A stretch of DNA of 64,000 nt. It comes from Strigamia acuminata. Its lineage: Eukaryota. A program made the position numbers and the translations under genes. The notes under the pieces are model-generated. The model was given only the letters and a program-made list of their open reading frames with translations. It was not told where the DNA came from and searched no databases. The stretch covers positions 2,790,001 through 2,854,000 of the forward strand of contig OX442314.1 of NCBI GenBank assembly GCA_949358305.1. The letters run 5' to 3'. Below are positions 23,762-34,946 of this stretch, in pieces; the stretch's first letter is position 1, and the number at the start of each line of letters is the position of its first letter.

Positions 23762-26700
23762 TTACTTAAATGAAAGAAAATAGGCAGAAAAAATATCTAA
23801 AGTGTTGACAGCAAAAATTTCAACATGTTTATCAATAATTTCAACGTCTTTTAAAGTTAAAAAGTTGGCCTCGGCAAAAAACCAATGTCGCAATTCCACG
23901 ACATTATAAGGCTGGGTTTTTTGGCCGTTTTCATCCATTAGGATTACTGTATTGGGGCCCACCAATCTATGTATAATATATACACCTTCAGTCCGTTGGC
24001 GTAAACCTGCTGCGAATTGTTTATCGGCAGATGAAGGTTGCCGATTGCGCAAAGTTACCCAGTCGCCAGGACGGAAGTCATGGGGGCGCCGTTTTAAATC
24101 GAACCATTTTTTGTGTCGAATTTGGGACTCGCGCAAGTTGTTAATCGCGCTTTCTCGCATTCTACGCATATGTTCGTGCAAGTTTTCAGCTTCCACGGGC
24201 GGCAACGGTTCTCCGTCATCCGTGTCGCTATCCAGGTCGCCCGGAAATCGAGCTTCCTGGCCTGTTACCATTTTAAAGGGTGAATACTTTAAAGAAATTT
24301 GATACGCTGAATTAATCGCGAGCACGAAATAGCCAATGTTGACGTCCCATCTAGTATGGTCATCATCAATATATGCTAATATACAGTTCTTTAATGATTG
24401 GTTAAGCCTTTCCGCAATATTACCTTGCGGGTGGTATGCGGCGGTATATCTATTTATTGCGCCAAGTTGCTGGATTTGGCTACGAAATTCTGGTGAGCGA
24501 AAAGCAGGCGCATTATCGCTGATAATTATTTTGGGAAAACCCCATCTTTTGCAGAATTTCTGAATTTGTTTCACCGTAGTGGCTATATTTGAGTTTTCGG
24601 TTAGACGTACGTCTAACCATCGGCTAGCAGAGTCGACCATCACAAAGGCATAGCAATGTCCCTCTGTGGATCGAGGTTTCTTGCCGTAATAGTCGATGTA
24701 GATAGCGGAGAAAAGATGGCGCGATCTGGACATTATCATTTTTCCATATGGGAGCCTGTTAAGGGGTTTAGCTCTTTGACACGCTTCGCAAACCTGTATC
24801 CATGTTCGAATATCTTCGCGCATTTTTGGCCAAAATACGCGCGATTTAATGCGATGGAGTGTTCGTTCTTGCCCCATATGTCCAACTACGGGAGGATAGT
24901 GCATTGCGCGGAAATATCTTTCTCTGAGTTCAAATGGGAGATATATTTGGCGCCTCTTTCTAATTTCATTAATATGGACAGGAGGGAAGCGACATAACAT
25001 CTCTTTATACATGCCGAAATCTTGCGCGTCAGCCACAATTTTGGCAGCCTCATCTGGATCAAGTGGTAACATTTGGGCAGTTAAATAAAATATCAACTCA
25101 CGCGACCAGGGATCCTGTCTTTGCGCCGCAATGATTTCAGCAGCAGTAGGCAACAGCTCGAACGGAGGATGTTCGATTGGTGGATCGTGCTCCAATTCGG
25201 CTTGCTTCTCTGCTTCAGTCCTCGAATCTTCAATTACTGTCCTTTCCCGTCGCGGACGCAATCTCGATGGAGTTCTTCGCGCTGATGTTGGGGGCGCATA
25301 ATAATTCCTCGTTGGTGGCGACATGTCACGAATGGGTCCAAAACTGTCTTCAGATGATGTAGAGTCAGAATCCGGGTCCGAAGTATATCCCTCTGGCCTC
25401 TGCTGTCCTGATGGTCCCGCCGCATCGTCATACATCACTGGTTCAGAATGTTGACGCGGAGAAATAATAGGAAAATCAGTGATAGGAATTGAAGGAGTTG
25501 GGGAAGGAGTTGGTAAATTTGGAATTTCAGGAGAAGGTTTAGTAGTAGGCCTTCGGTGGCTATCAGGTTGAATTATTGGTGCGGGGACTCCAGTGATTCG
25601 ACGGAAATTTCGTCGTATTTTATCCACCAAAGTTCCAGGTGTCGGCAATTGTGATGGTGCCGAAGCAGTCTTTTTTCTAAAACTAGACAGATTTATTGGC
25701 GCAGGAATTCTGGTTGGAATAATTGCCGAAGGAGGAATGGAACTAGGAATAGGAGTGGATATTGGAGTTGCAGGAGGGGTAGGAATAGGTAAGGGTGGTG
25801 GAATTAAAACTGATTTAGATTTGGGTTTCACCACATGGGAAGGAATAGCGGATTTACGTCGCACTGCCTTCAACTTTCCTACTTGCTGTGATTTCAATAA
25901 CTTTGGAAATGTCCACTTTTTAATAGTTCCCGCATACCTGGGTGGTAGCCATGGTGGTGATTTAGGAATCAAAGATGGATCCTTTAATCTAGCCCGAGTT
26001 CGTGTGGCTATTGCTCGTTTAGCATGAGGAGATAAAATTGGTACAATATTAATTTTACGTGGTCTTCCTCGTTTCTTTATCAGAATTGGAATTAAAGAGC
26101 GCTGTCGGCGGGTTCGTAAAGGCACTGAAACACGAACTGGTGATAAATTAGGAGTTCTCACTTGTGAGGTTGGTTGCGCAACTGGAATTGATGCATTTGG
26201 TGTTGCAGTTGGTTGCACAATTGGCGTTAGTGCAACTGGAGGGATTGTAACCGGCGGTGCCCTCGTTGGAGGAGTAGCTACGCCAGTAGAAGATGGAATT
26301 TGCGCACCCGAAGTCGGCGCATTTCCAGTCACTTTCCCTTTACCAGTTGGTCGAGGAATAAGAGATTTTTTCTTATTTTTCTTCTTAGTCGGTGAAGATG
26401 CTGCAATGAGAGGCACTTTTTTAAATGTAGATTTAAACAACTTTCGAAACTGCAAATTAATGTCTTTTGGCAATTCCTTGATGATATTAAGTGCCGGCCA
26501 CTCGTTGCAATCATCAAAATAGGCAAGGTAACACGCCTCGTCGACCTCCGGGCTATCATCCTCATCATCGACTTCAGGTGGGTCGACAGGAGCTCGACTT
26601 AGTGCATCCGCTACCTTATTTTTGCATCCTGAACAGTGCAAAAACGTGAATTTATAATCACTTAACGATAGCACCCAACGGGCCAAACGTCCAGTTGGTT

Positions 26701-29458
26701 CCCTTTGCTGAAATAACCACTTAAGAGATTGATGGTCGCTCTCGAGGTAGAATGGCATCATCTCGAGGTATGCACGAAAGCGTTTGACACCCCAAACCGC
26801 GGCCAAACATTCGATTTCGGTTACTTTATAGTTCTTTTCAGCGCTGTTTAATGCGCGAGAGGCAAATGCGATTGGAATTCTCACACCTTCATCGTTAAGT
26901 TGCATTAAAGCAGCACCTAATCCAGAATAACTAGCATCGGTCTGCAGTATAAATGGTTTTTTCCAACTGGGAAAACGTCTTTTCAGTGTTGGTATCGCAA
27001 TCTGGTCTTTCAGATATTTGAACGCTAATTGCTGCGCATCTGTCCAAATCCAAGTTGCGTCCTTTTTAAGCAATGGTCGGAACACTTCGCTAATTTTGGA
27101 AAAATTTGCAATGAATGATTGGTAATAACCTACCATGCCTTTAAATCGTTGTAATTCGCGCAAATTGGTTGGCGCGGGATAATTTTGAATAGCAACCACT
27201 TTCTTTGGATTTGGTGTAATCTGGCCAGATTCCACTATGTGTCCCAAAACCTCGAGTCTTTTTTGACAAAGCTCAGTTTTGTTGGCGTTCATGGTGAATC
27301 CAGCGTTGAACAATTCCTCTAAAACGAGGCGCAAATGTTGCACGTGTTCCTCGAAAGTTCGGCTAAAAATAATCACGTCATCAATATACACAAATACAAA
27401 TTTGTAAAGATACTTTGCAAGAGTCTTATTCATCGCTCGTTGGAGGGTAGCGGGTCCGTTGATAGGTCCGAAAGGCATGCGCACATATTCGAATAAACCT
27501 CGATGTGTTATAAAAGCTAAATACCGTTCGTCACCTTTGCGCACGCCGATCTGATGGAAAGCTTCGCGTCCGTCGATTATCGAAAACCAATGCGCACCTC
27601 CCAAATATGCAAAGATGTTATCAATGTCCGGAAGGGGGTAAACGTCCGGAATTGTTTGCGCATTAATGGGGCGAAAATCCATAGCAGTTCTCCATTCACC
27701 TGTCTTCTTGGGTACGACGACTGGAGCAACAGCGCAATCACTTTGGGATCGCCGAATAATACCTTGCTGCAGCTTTTTGTCGATATATTTATCAATTATC
27801 GCCTTTTTCGCAGGGTTCACCGGGCGCACAGGGACATGAATTGGACGAAAATCCGGTTTCAGGTTCACCTCGTACTCGGTGTTATTACATAAACCAATTT
27901 CTTCGCGAAAGATTTGCGAAATGGGCTGCAATGTTTTGATTAATAGTTTTATCTGTGGCACTGTCAATTGGTTCCACAACTGGTGGTAAATCCAATCTAA
28001 ATCGGTCGGATCTCCACTAGGTTGGTACTGCAAAAAATTAATGTCATTAATGTTCATTTTAGAGTTATTCCCACCATTGTCAGGTTGCGCAATCGAAAAG
28101 ATGTTGATTTTCGACTCCTTCTTGGCATTGATGTCTTTAGCACGTTGCGCAACGAGTTGTTTGGCAATTGGACGAATAACATTGATTTTTCGTCGTAAAC
28201 GTCGTAATCGTCGGAACTGACTCAAAGTTAATTTACGTAAAATTGTCTTTTTTAAATTGGAGGAAATTTTAGAAGTTTCTTTCCTCTTTGGGGACCAAAT
28301 ATTCGACCATTTGCGTTGCGCACGATGTCGAACTTGTTTAACTCGATACTGCGCATCGTCATGTGGATACTCGAATATTTCTTGTTGCAAGGGTCTATGC
28401 GCCAGGAGGAGGCAGTTAATTTCACTCACCGGATCCGGTTTCCTTAGTATTTTCGTCGGAACGATCTCACTAATGGCCGCCGGTGGGTTGGATGGATCCT
28501 GCGTTTCTTCCGGCGCAAATGGCAAAACCAGAATTGACTCTGACTTTTTTGCTTCTTCATAAGTCATGAATTTGCGAATCTCATTTGAGCCCACCATGCT
28601 CCACTGTTGTCTCGCATGGTCGATGTCGATTCCGGCCGCTGTGCAGAAATCACGTCCAAGGAGCATATCCATTTTGGCATCGGGTAAAACCATGCAAATG
28701 AATTTTATTATGCCTATTGGGGCGCGCAAAGCGAGCTGCATCGATTTGGTGGAATCCACTATGTCACCAGACGCGACCTGCACCCGCTCGTGGAGATTCA
28801 CAAAGTCCAAACCCATTTTTTCGTGTAGTTGTTGGAACACGTCCTCACTCATTACACACGTTTGTGCGCCTGAGTCTAGAAGCGCAGTACAAGCTACATT
28901 AGCCCAGGAAATCTTTACGCAAGGTGCTTTCTTGCACAAACGATCCCCGCGCGTTATCTCAATGATGGGTTCTTGAGTTTCTTTAAGTTCCTCTGGCGTT
29001 AACATTACGAAAGATACCTTCATAGGAGAGATCACTTCCTTTGGAGCCTCAGTCGTTGTTGCACTGGAGGTAGACTTAATTATTGGTAAAGTTTTAGTAA
29101 TTTTACTCACTATTGTCACTTTCGGGTTTTTCTTCGAAATTACAGGTTGCAAATCTGTTAATTTCGGCAATTCGTCCTTTACAGCTTCAGGAACGGCAGT
29201 CTGCAGATCTGACGCCCTTGTAGCTGAGGTGATGATGGAAGATGATGAAGAAATAACACTACTTACAGGTTTATACTCTGAAAGAGTAATAACAGTAGGA
29301 GATGTTGTTGAATTAACCTGTGAGGGATCGTCCTCTTTCAAGTTAATTAAAGGTGAAGCGCGTCGTTTGGATTTCAGACGTTTTGCGCGAAGGGCCGGTC
29401 GACTCATTTGCGGCCTGGTTCCACCGGCTTCCCGAACTTCAGGCCTTCGGAGTTTTCC
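23762..29458 (-). CDS. Pol of Gypsy element 2 (PR-RT-RNase H-long disordered linker-IN), probably reached by a -1 frameshift
   Basis: LLDSGA protease, YIDD RT, TDAS RNase H, HYPPVVGH...CEAC zinc finger, integrase D-D-E. The reading frame opens two codons before the GGAAAAC slippery site. Confidence 0.93.
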   Translation of the reverse strand, partial: GKLRRPEVREAGGTRPQMSRPALRAKRLKSKRRASPLINLKEDDPSQVNSTTSPTVITLSEYKPVSSVISSSSSIITSATRASDLQTAVPEAVKDELPKLTDLQPVISKKNPKVTIVSKITKTLPIIKSTSSATTTEAPKEVISPMKVSFVMLTPEELKETQEPIIEITRGDRLCKKAPCVKISWANVACTALLDSGAQTCVMSEDVFQQLHEKMGLDFVNLHERVQVASGDIVDSTKSMQLALRAPIGIIKFICMVLPDAKMDMLLGRDFCTAAGIDIDHARQQWSMVGSNEIRKFMTYEEAKKSESILVLPFAPEETQDPSNPPAAISEIVPTKILRKPDPVSEINCLLLAHRPLQQEIFEYPHDDAQYRVKQVRHRAQRKWSNIWSPKRKETSKISSNLKKTILRKLTLSQFRRLRRLRRKINVIRPIAKQLVAQRAKDINAKKESKINIFSIAQPDNGGNNSKMNINDINFLQYQPSGDPTDLDWIYHQLWNQLTVPQIKLLIKTLQPISQIFREEIGLCNNTEYEVNLKPDFRPIHVPVRPVNPAKKAIIDKYIDKKLQQGIIRRSQSDCAVAPVVVPKKTGEWRTAMDFRPINAQTIPDVYPLPDIDNIFAYLGGAHWFSIIDGREAFHQIGVRKGDERYLAFITHRGLFEYVRMPFGPINGPATLQRAMNKTLAKYLYKFVFVYIDDVIIFSRTFEEHVQHLRLVLEELFNAGFTMNANKTELCQKRLEVLGHIVESGQITPNPKKVVAIQNYPAPTNLRELQRFKGMVGYYQSFIANFSKISEVFRPLLKKDATWIWTDAQQLAFKYLKDQIAIPTLKRRFPSWKKPFILQTDASYSGLGAALMQLNDEGVRIPIAFASRALNSAEKNYKVTEIECLAAVWGVKRFRAYLEMMPFYLESDHQSLKWLFQQREPTGRLARWVLSLSDYKFTFLHCSGCKNKVADALSRAPVDPPEVDDEDDSPEVDEACYLAYFDDCNEWPALNIIKELPKDINLQFRKLFKSTFKKVPLIAASSPTKKKNKKKSLIPRPTGKGKVTGNAPTSGAQIPSSTGVATPPTRAPPVTIPPVALTPIVQPTATPNASIPVAQPTSQVRTPNLSPVRVSVPLRTRRQRSLIPILIKKRGRPRKINIVPILSPHAKRAIATRTRARLKDPSLIPKSPPWLPPRYAGTIKKWTFPKLLKSQQVGKLKAVRRKSAIPSHVVKPKSKSVLIPPPLPIPTPPATPISTPIPSSIPPSAIIPTRIPAPINLSSFRKKTASAPSQLPTPGTLVDKIRRNFRRITGVPAPIIQPDSHRRPTTKPSPEIPNLPTPSPTPSIPITDFPIISPRQHSEPVMYDDAAGPSGQQRPEGYTSDPDSDSTSSEDSFGPIRDMSPPTRNYYAPPTSARRTPSRLRPRRERTVIEDSRTEAEKQAELEHDPPIEHPPFELLPTAAEIIAAQRQDPWSRELIFYLTAQMLPLDPDEAAKIVADAQDFGMYKEMLCRFPPVHINEIRKRRQIYLPFELRERYFRAMHYPPVVGHMGQERTLHRIKSRVFWPKMREDIRTWIQVCEACQRAKPLNRLPYGKMIMSRSRHLFSAIYIDYYGKKPRSTEGHCYAFVMVDSASRWLDVRLTENSNIATTVKQIQKFCKRWGFPKIIISDNAPAFRSPEFRSQIQQLGAINRYTAAYHPQGNIAERLNQSLKNCILAYIDDDHTRWDVNIGYFVLAINSAYQISLKYSPFKMVTGQEARFPGDLDSDTDDGEPLPPVEAENLHEHMRRMRESAINNLRESQIRHKKWFDLKRRPHDFRPGDWVTLRNRQPSSADKQFAAGLRQRTEGVYIIHRLVGPNTVILMDENGQKTQPYNVVELRHWFFAEANFLTLKDVEIIDKHVEIFAVNTLDIFSAYFLSFK

Positions 29459-31374
29459 GGTCTCCTAAATGGCTGGTAACATATGGGGCACAACGGATGC
29501 CAAGTTGCTGTATCTACCAAATACCACCAATCCTTCGGTGTTTTCCTCCAGGCTGTGCCTTTCTCAGGACATTTGACAGTTAATGGTGGTTTTGGCGCTG
29601 GTGGAAACGTGACAATTGACGTAGAGCACACATGGTCCTTTGGGACGTCTGCTGGAGGTGTCAGAGTAGCTAAATTTATTTTAATTGTTGCCTTCTGAGC
29701 CGCCTCGGCGACTGTGCTCTTCTTAATTTCAGGTTCAGCATCCGTGTCGCTGCTACTACTACTCGTATCGGGTTCCTGCGCAGGTGGAGATTGTTCTGGT
29801 CTCGCCTGCACTGCAGCTAACTCGATTAAGAATTGTTTTCGATACCTCGCAAAACGTTTGACGTCCTGGGACACGAGAGATTTGACATCATCGTCTCCTT
29901 TGGACTTCTCCGCAGCCTTGAGCACTGTGGGGCGTTGCGCATCACGCAGAGAGGGCATTCGTTGATCAGCCATACCCAGATCTTTGTATTCGTCTGCTCG
30001 AATGGTGTCCAGCTGTAGACGATTGTCGATGTCATTACCTCTTTGGATCGCCTCGTCCAGCGAGTTTACGTTCCATGCGCGCAAGAGATGAACAACTTCG
30101 GTTTGCATCATGTTCTGAGCTTTCTCCCATTGGAGCTCTGGGTCGGTATATCCTGCAACCTGAAGATAATATACAATCTCACTTAAAAATGACATCGTAG
30201 ACTCTCCATTTCGTTGCTTTCGCTTGGATAGCTTCACATTGGCCGCTGCCGAATTCATGGCGAAAGCTCGTCGAAATAGTATCTCAAAGTCCTCCCATGT
30301 TTTTGGTTTTGGTTTTAGTGATAACCACCATCGCTGCGCTCTTCCACGCGTTGCTTGAATGACAAATACTTTTAAATATTCATCCACCGGGGCCTGCATA
30401 GAATACATGTGCGCGTACAAATGCGCAAGAAAAAGATTAATGTAATCAAGATCGGCTTTATCTGGATCAAACAAAGGTGGTTTTCCAGGCTTGAAACAAT
30501 TTTTATCTTTACTTGCGTGTTGCGCTCTTACTGACGGCAGTGACAACTTTGCCTTGGTGTCGGATCTATCCCGAGGATATCCCATCTTGGAGTATAGCAT
30601 CGAGCTCATTAAATCTCGATTTGCTCGTGTTGAATGGTCCAAATGAGCAGATTCCTGTGATGGAGCCTGGGTATAGATCGTTGCCATCGTCGGCATTGGC
30701 GGCGTGGTTGTTGTGTAAACAATTTGCGCAGCCTGCGCGGACATTTTCGTCTGCTGGCCTCGATGTTCAACTTCCCGTTGCTGGTGCGGACATGCTGTGG
30801 GAAGTCCTAAATCATATGGTGCCGAGGTGCCTTTAACTCTTATGGAGCCATGCGAGGATCCACCGTCTAGAGACCGTGCGGTCCCTGTTCGTAGAGAGCG
30901 AGGGCCTTGTTGGAATATTTCGCGAATCTCATTTACTAGACCTCGTGTTTGAGCATAGTATTGGTTGCGCAAGTCGGACATCAGCAAACCTTCCGTATTT
31001 AATGTGACGGGGTCTACTAATGCTCTAGGCTGAGTCGAATCGAAAAAAGATGGCGCCGCCAAAAAGTTAGCGGGTGTTGACGTGGCAAAATTTACTTGAG
31101 GTTGCGCTCGTGAATTTGCAACAGCCATTGTCATGATATGATTTGATGGGGCTGGCTGTTGTTGCGCAATACTCACAAGCGTTTCCTGTTGTTCGATACG
31201 ACTTCTTCGTAATTGGTCGTGTTGCTGCCACTCTCGAAATTCCCTTTCCTCTTCCCGGCGAACACCACTCCTCCGTTCGGACTGTTGCCATTCCTGCTCC
31301 ATTTCTAACTCACTGAAATCAAATGGATCGCGCGTGACGGGACGAATTCCGTCACCTCCCAACTGTCTCGACAT
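29404..31374 (-). CDS. Gag of Gypsy element 2 (656 aa)
   Basis: Lies just after the PBS. Has a retrotransposon-gag-like core (GRAQRWW...TWEDFEILFRRAF...RKQRNGES). No canonical CCHC knuckle. Confidence 0.88.
   Translation of the reverse strand: MSRQLGGDGIRPVTRDPFDFSELEMEQEWQQSERRSGVRREEEREFREWQQHDQLRRSRIEQQETLVSIAQQQPAPSNHIMTMAVANSRAQPQVNFATSTPANFLAAPSFFDSTQPRALVDPVTLNTEGLLMSDLRNQYYAQTRGLVNEIREIFQQGPRSLRTGTARSLDGGSSHGSIRVKGTSAPYDLGLPTACPHQQREVEHRGQQTKMSAQAAQIVYTTTTPPMPTMATIYTQAPSQESAHLDHSTRANRDLMSSMLYSKMGYPRDRSDTKAKLSLPSVRAQHASKDKNCFKPGKPPLFDPDKADLDYINLFLAHLYAHMYSMQAPVDEYLKVFVIQATRGRAQRWWLSLKPKPKTWEDFEILFRRAFAMNSAAANVKLSKRKQRNGESTMSFLSEIVYYLQVAGYTDPELQWEKAQNMMQTEVVHLLRAWNVNSLDEAIQRGNDIDNRLQLDTIRADEYKDLGMADQRMPSLRDAQRPTVLKAAEKSKGDDDVKSLVSQDVKRFARYRKQFLIELAAVQARPEQSPPAQEPDTSSSSSDTDAEPEIKKSTVAEAAQKATIKINLATLTPPADVPKDHVCSTSIVTFPPAPKPPLTVKCPEKGTAWRKTPKDWWYLVDTATWHPLCPICYQPFRRPENSEGLKFGKPVEPGRK
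29412..29458 (-). promoter_or_regulatory. Putative -1 programmed ribosomal frameshift signal
   Basis: Slippery heptamer G-GAA-AAC (29458-29452), a 6-nt spacer, then the hairpin GGCCTG-aa-GTTC...GAAC-CAGGCC (29445-29412). Confidence 0.75.
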
Positions 31375-31478
31375 GATGAAGAAAATGTGAAATGATTAAA
31401 TAAATAACTCAAAAAACTAACCTTTTCGCGCGTTTAAGCCTTATAGGTGAGAGCGGATCCTGTCAGGCTCGCCATGTT

Positions 31479-32150
31479 TGTTACGAATCAACTTAGATGT
31501 TTAATTGATTTGATCTGAATTTACGCGCAAGGTGATGTTAGCGCAAATCAGCGGGCAAAGTTCGTAGATTTACTCTGTTTGTGCCATCGTCATATGCGGA
31601 TATCGGACGGTGAATAAACCTAACTCGCTGTAACACACATTATTTATATTCGACGGGCTCAATCTCACGTTGTGGGTCTTTACGTTTAAAAAGAATGAGT
31701 ATGCGCAGTGATATTCGTATGCGGGTGGGCATAGGATGTCACAGGCATGCGAAGGGATAAAAGGTGGGCAAAAAGAGGCGCTATTAAGTGTTAAATTAGA
31801 AGAGGCGCGTGTTAAAGCGCAAAATAAAGATTGACAAACTCAATTCAATCTAAGAGGTGTTAACTCGTTGAAAGAGGTATGAGAAGTGTCGATTATGGAT
31901 AAAAGTAGCGACCAGGTAAACATGAGTCATGTGACCAGGTCGATTGGAGTGGGTGAGGGGGTGGAAGGTATAAAATAAGGTTAATTGTTGGAAATAATAA
32001 GATGCGCGCAATGAGGCTGCGCATATATTTAGAGATGATTCATCAATGTTAGATGAAAAGAAAGATTGGGAAAAAATAAGAAAACTTAAGATTGGGTCAG
32101 TCTAAGTTAGAAATGAATAAAAAAGAAGGGTGGGTAACCTGCCCGTGACA
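31479..32150 (-). repeat. 5' LTR of Gypsy element 2
   Basis: Direct repeat of 18112-18783, adjacent to the PBS. Confidence 0.97.
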
Positions 32151-34192
32151 CAACCTTCAAACAACCTTCAAACAACCTTCCAATAATCAATCAACGACCT
32201 TCTAATCATCTTCCAACGACCTTTTCACATCCTTCAAACAACTTTCAAATGACCTTCCAACAACCTTCAAATGACCTTCAAACGACCTTTTAATAATCAA
32301 TCAACAATTTTCTAACTATCTTCCGACGATCTTGAAACAACCTTCAAGCAACCTTCCAACGACCTTTCAAGAATCCTCAAACGACCTTCAAATGACGTTC
32401 AAACGACCTTTCAATGATCAATCAACGACCTTTTAACCACCTTCCAACAATCTTCAAACGACCTTTCAATAATCTTCCAACAATCTTCAAACAACCTTCA
32501 AACAACCTTAAAACGACCTTTCGACAACCTTCAAACGACCTTCCAATGATCAATCAATGATCTTCCAACAATCTTCCAACGACCTTTAAACAACCTTTAA
32601 ACAACCTTCAAACAACCTTCAAACGACCTTCCAATGATTAATCAACAACTTTTTAACGATCTTCCAATAACCTTTAAACATTCTTCAAACAACCTTCAAA
32701 CAACCTTCCAATAATCTTCAAACGACCTTCAAACAACCTTCCAATGATCAATCAACGACCCTCCAACGATCTTCCAACGACTTTTAAACAATCTTCAAAC
32801 AACCTTTAGACGACCTTCAAACAATCTTCAAACAACCTTCAAACGACCTTTAAACAACCTTTAAACAACCTTCAAACAACCTTTCAAGAACTTTTAAACG
32901 ACCTTTAAACAACCTTCCAACGACCTTGAAACGACCCACCATTGATCAATCAACGACTTTCCAACGATTTTTTAACGACCTTTAAACAATCTTCAAACAA
33001 CTTTTAAATGACCTTCAAACGATCTTCAAACAATCTTTAAACAACCTTCAAACGACCTTCCAACAACCTTCCAACAACCTTCCAACCACCTTCAAACAAC
33101 CTTCAAACGACCTTCCAATAATCAATCAACGACCTTCTAACGATCTTCCAACAACCTTTAAACAACTTTCAAACAACCTTCAAACGACCATCCAAAAACT
33201 TCAAACGAACTTCAAACAACCTTCAAACGACCTAACCTAACCTGGGTCACCACAACAGTATAGTCAATTATTTATTTATTGAATAAACAAAAGGTTGAAT
33301 TTCAACGACTGCATGGTAAATTTTGTGGACATTTTCAAATATTTCAACCTTGAAAATATAGTTACTCACATCACTTAAATAAAGTAACAATTTCACAAGT
33401 GTCATCTTTAAAGACGGATGGAGTCAAATTTGAGTTTGAAAATCGGTTGAGGCAATGAGAACACTACTTGTTGCATACATTTAGAAAAGTGAAACTGAAT
33501 TTTTATTCTTGTGCAGAATTACAATAGAGGGATTAAGACCCCCTCTTTTCTATGAAATAACATACAGTAAGATGGGTCACAAGTGAGTCTTTTGACACCT
33601 GCATCACTGTGGTCAAAAACACAACTAATTTAATTCGCTTTGGAAACCGTCAGTTTACACAGTGAGAATGTAAAATTTGTTTCCTAATGCAAACTCTGTT
33701 CTAGGAACCCACCTGTAGGATGCAGTTAGGTTCCTAGACGACTCACCTAGCAGAGGAAGCCTGTACTAGGGTCTGCCCATCGAAAGAGAATTCCGGTTAT
33801 TTTTATCAAGGACGACTACTCCCAAACGACCTTCTAATTATCTTCCAACGACCTTTTCACAACCTTCAAACAACTTTCAAATGACCTTCCAACAACCTTC
33901 AAATGACCTTCAAACGACCTTTCAATGATCAATCAACAATTTTCCGGCTATCTTCCGACGATCTTAAAACAACCTTCAAGCAACCTTCAAACGACCTTTC
34001 AAGAACCTTCAAACGACCTTCAAACGACGTTCAAACGACCTTTCAATGATCAATCAACGACCTTTTAACCACCTTCAAACAACCTTAAAACGACCTTCCA
34101 ACAACCTTCAAACGACCTTCCAATGATCAATTAACGATTTTCCAACGATCTTCCAACGACCTGTAAACGACCTTTAAACAACCTTCGAACAA
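32151..34192. repeat. Continuation of the 11-mer satellite with a second spacer copy (33231-33820)
   Basis: Same units as 15245-18111; the spacer is nearly identical to 16587-17180. Confidence 0.95.
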
Positions 34193-34946
34193 GTTTTAGC
34201 CTGGTCCTCGTCTTTATTGGAGCAAACTAGAACTTTAGCACACCAATACTCCATTGAAAAAATGTGTTTCAGTATTTCAGTATGTCACAGTGCGGGTTCT
34301 GCAAACAAAATAGGACACTCAGTCAAAATAAAAATAAAAATTACTAGTATTTCTTTCACAATTTTCCAAATTCTGCCAACATTTTCAGAAGTTAACCCAC
34401 ATATCGCGATTGCTGGCAATGTTCCAAGTATGAAAGTCGTAAACTGCACATTCATCATTAATTTTTTATAACCATAATTTTCCTTTACCATAAACAAGGT
34501 TTATATTTGAAAAATACTGCGATCAATTTTTAATTACGGTTGCCTCAGTTATCTCGATCCACTAATTCTGTAGCAGAAAAACTCAAGAACAAAAAATACA
34601 CATCATAGTGCATTGTGCTTTCCATCAGGAATGTGGGCTCAAGTTTATTCCCCATTTGCATAGCATTTTGGCGTACAAATTCTGTAAGAACCTTTTCTAA
34701 AACCTGGCGTATACCATTCCAAAAACCATGGTCTTATAATCAATCAATTAGATAATAAGTCATTTAAACAATTTGGATATTAAAAGTAAGAGGTTTGCAA
34801 GTAAATTAGGTTTCTGTTCCAAATTACCCACTTAAAAGCAATTTTTGTTGTGAAAACACACCGTTGATGTATTTTTGTCGTTCGCCATTTCCTTACTTTC
34901 ACAATATGTATGTATACGCATTGATATGTAAGTCGAAGAATTTATT

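Larger units (their letters stand above)
18112..32150 (-). mobile_element. Full-length 14,039-bp Ty3/Gypsy LTR retrotransposon with gag, pol and an additional ORF3
   Basis: 672-bp LTRs at 18112-18783 and 31479-32150 (TG...CA; no differences seen). 4-bp TSD CAAC. PBS TGGCGAGCCTGACAGGA (tRNA-Arg-like) lies 4 nt after the 5' LTR. PPT AAGGGGGGAGGGA precedes the 3' LTR. Confidence 0.97.
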
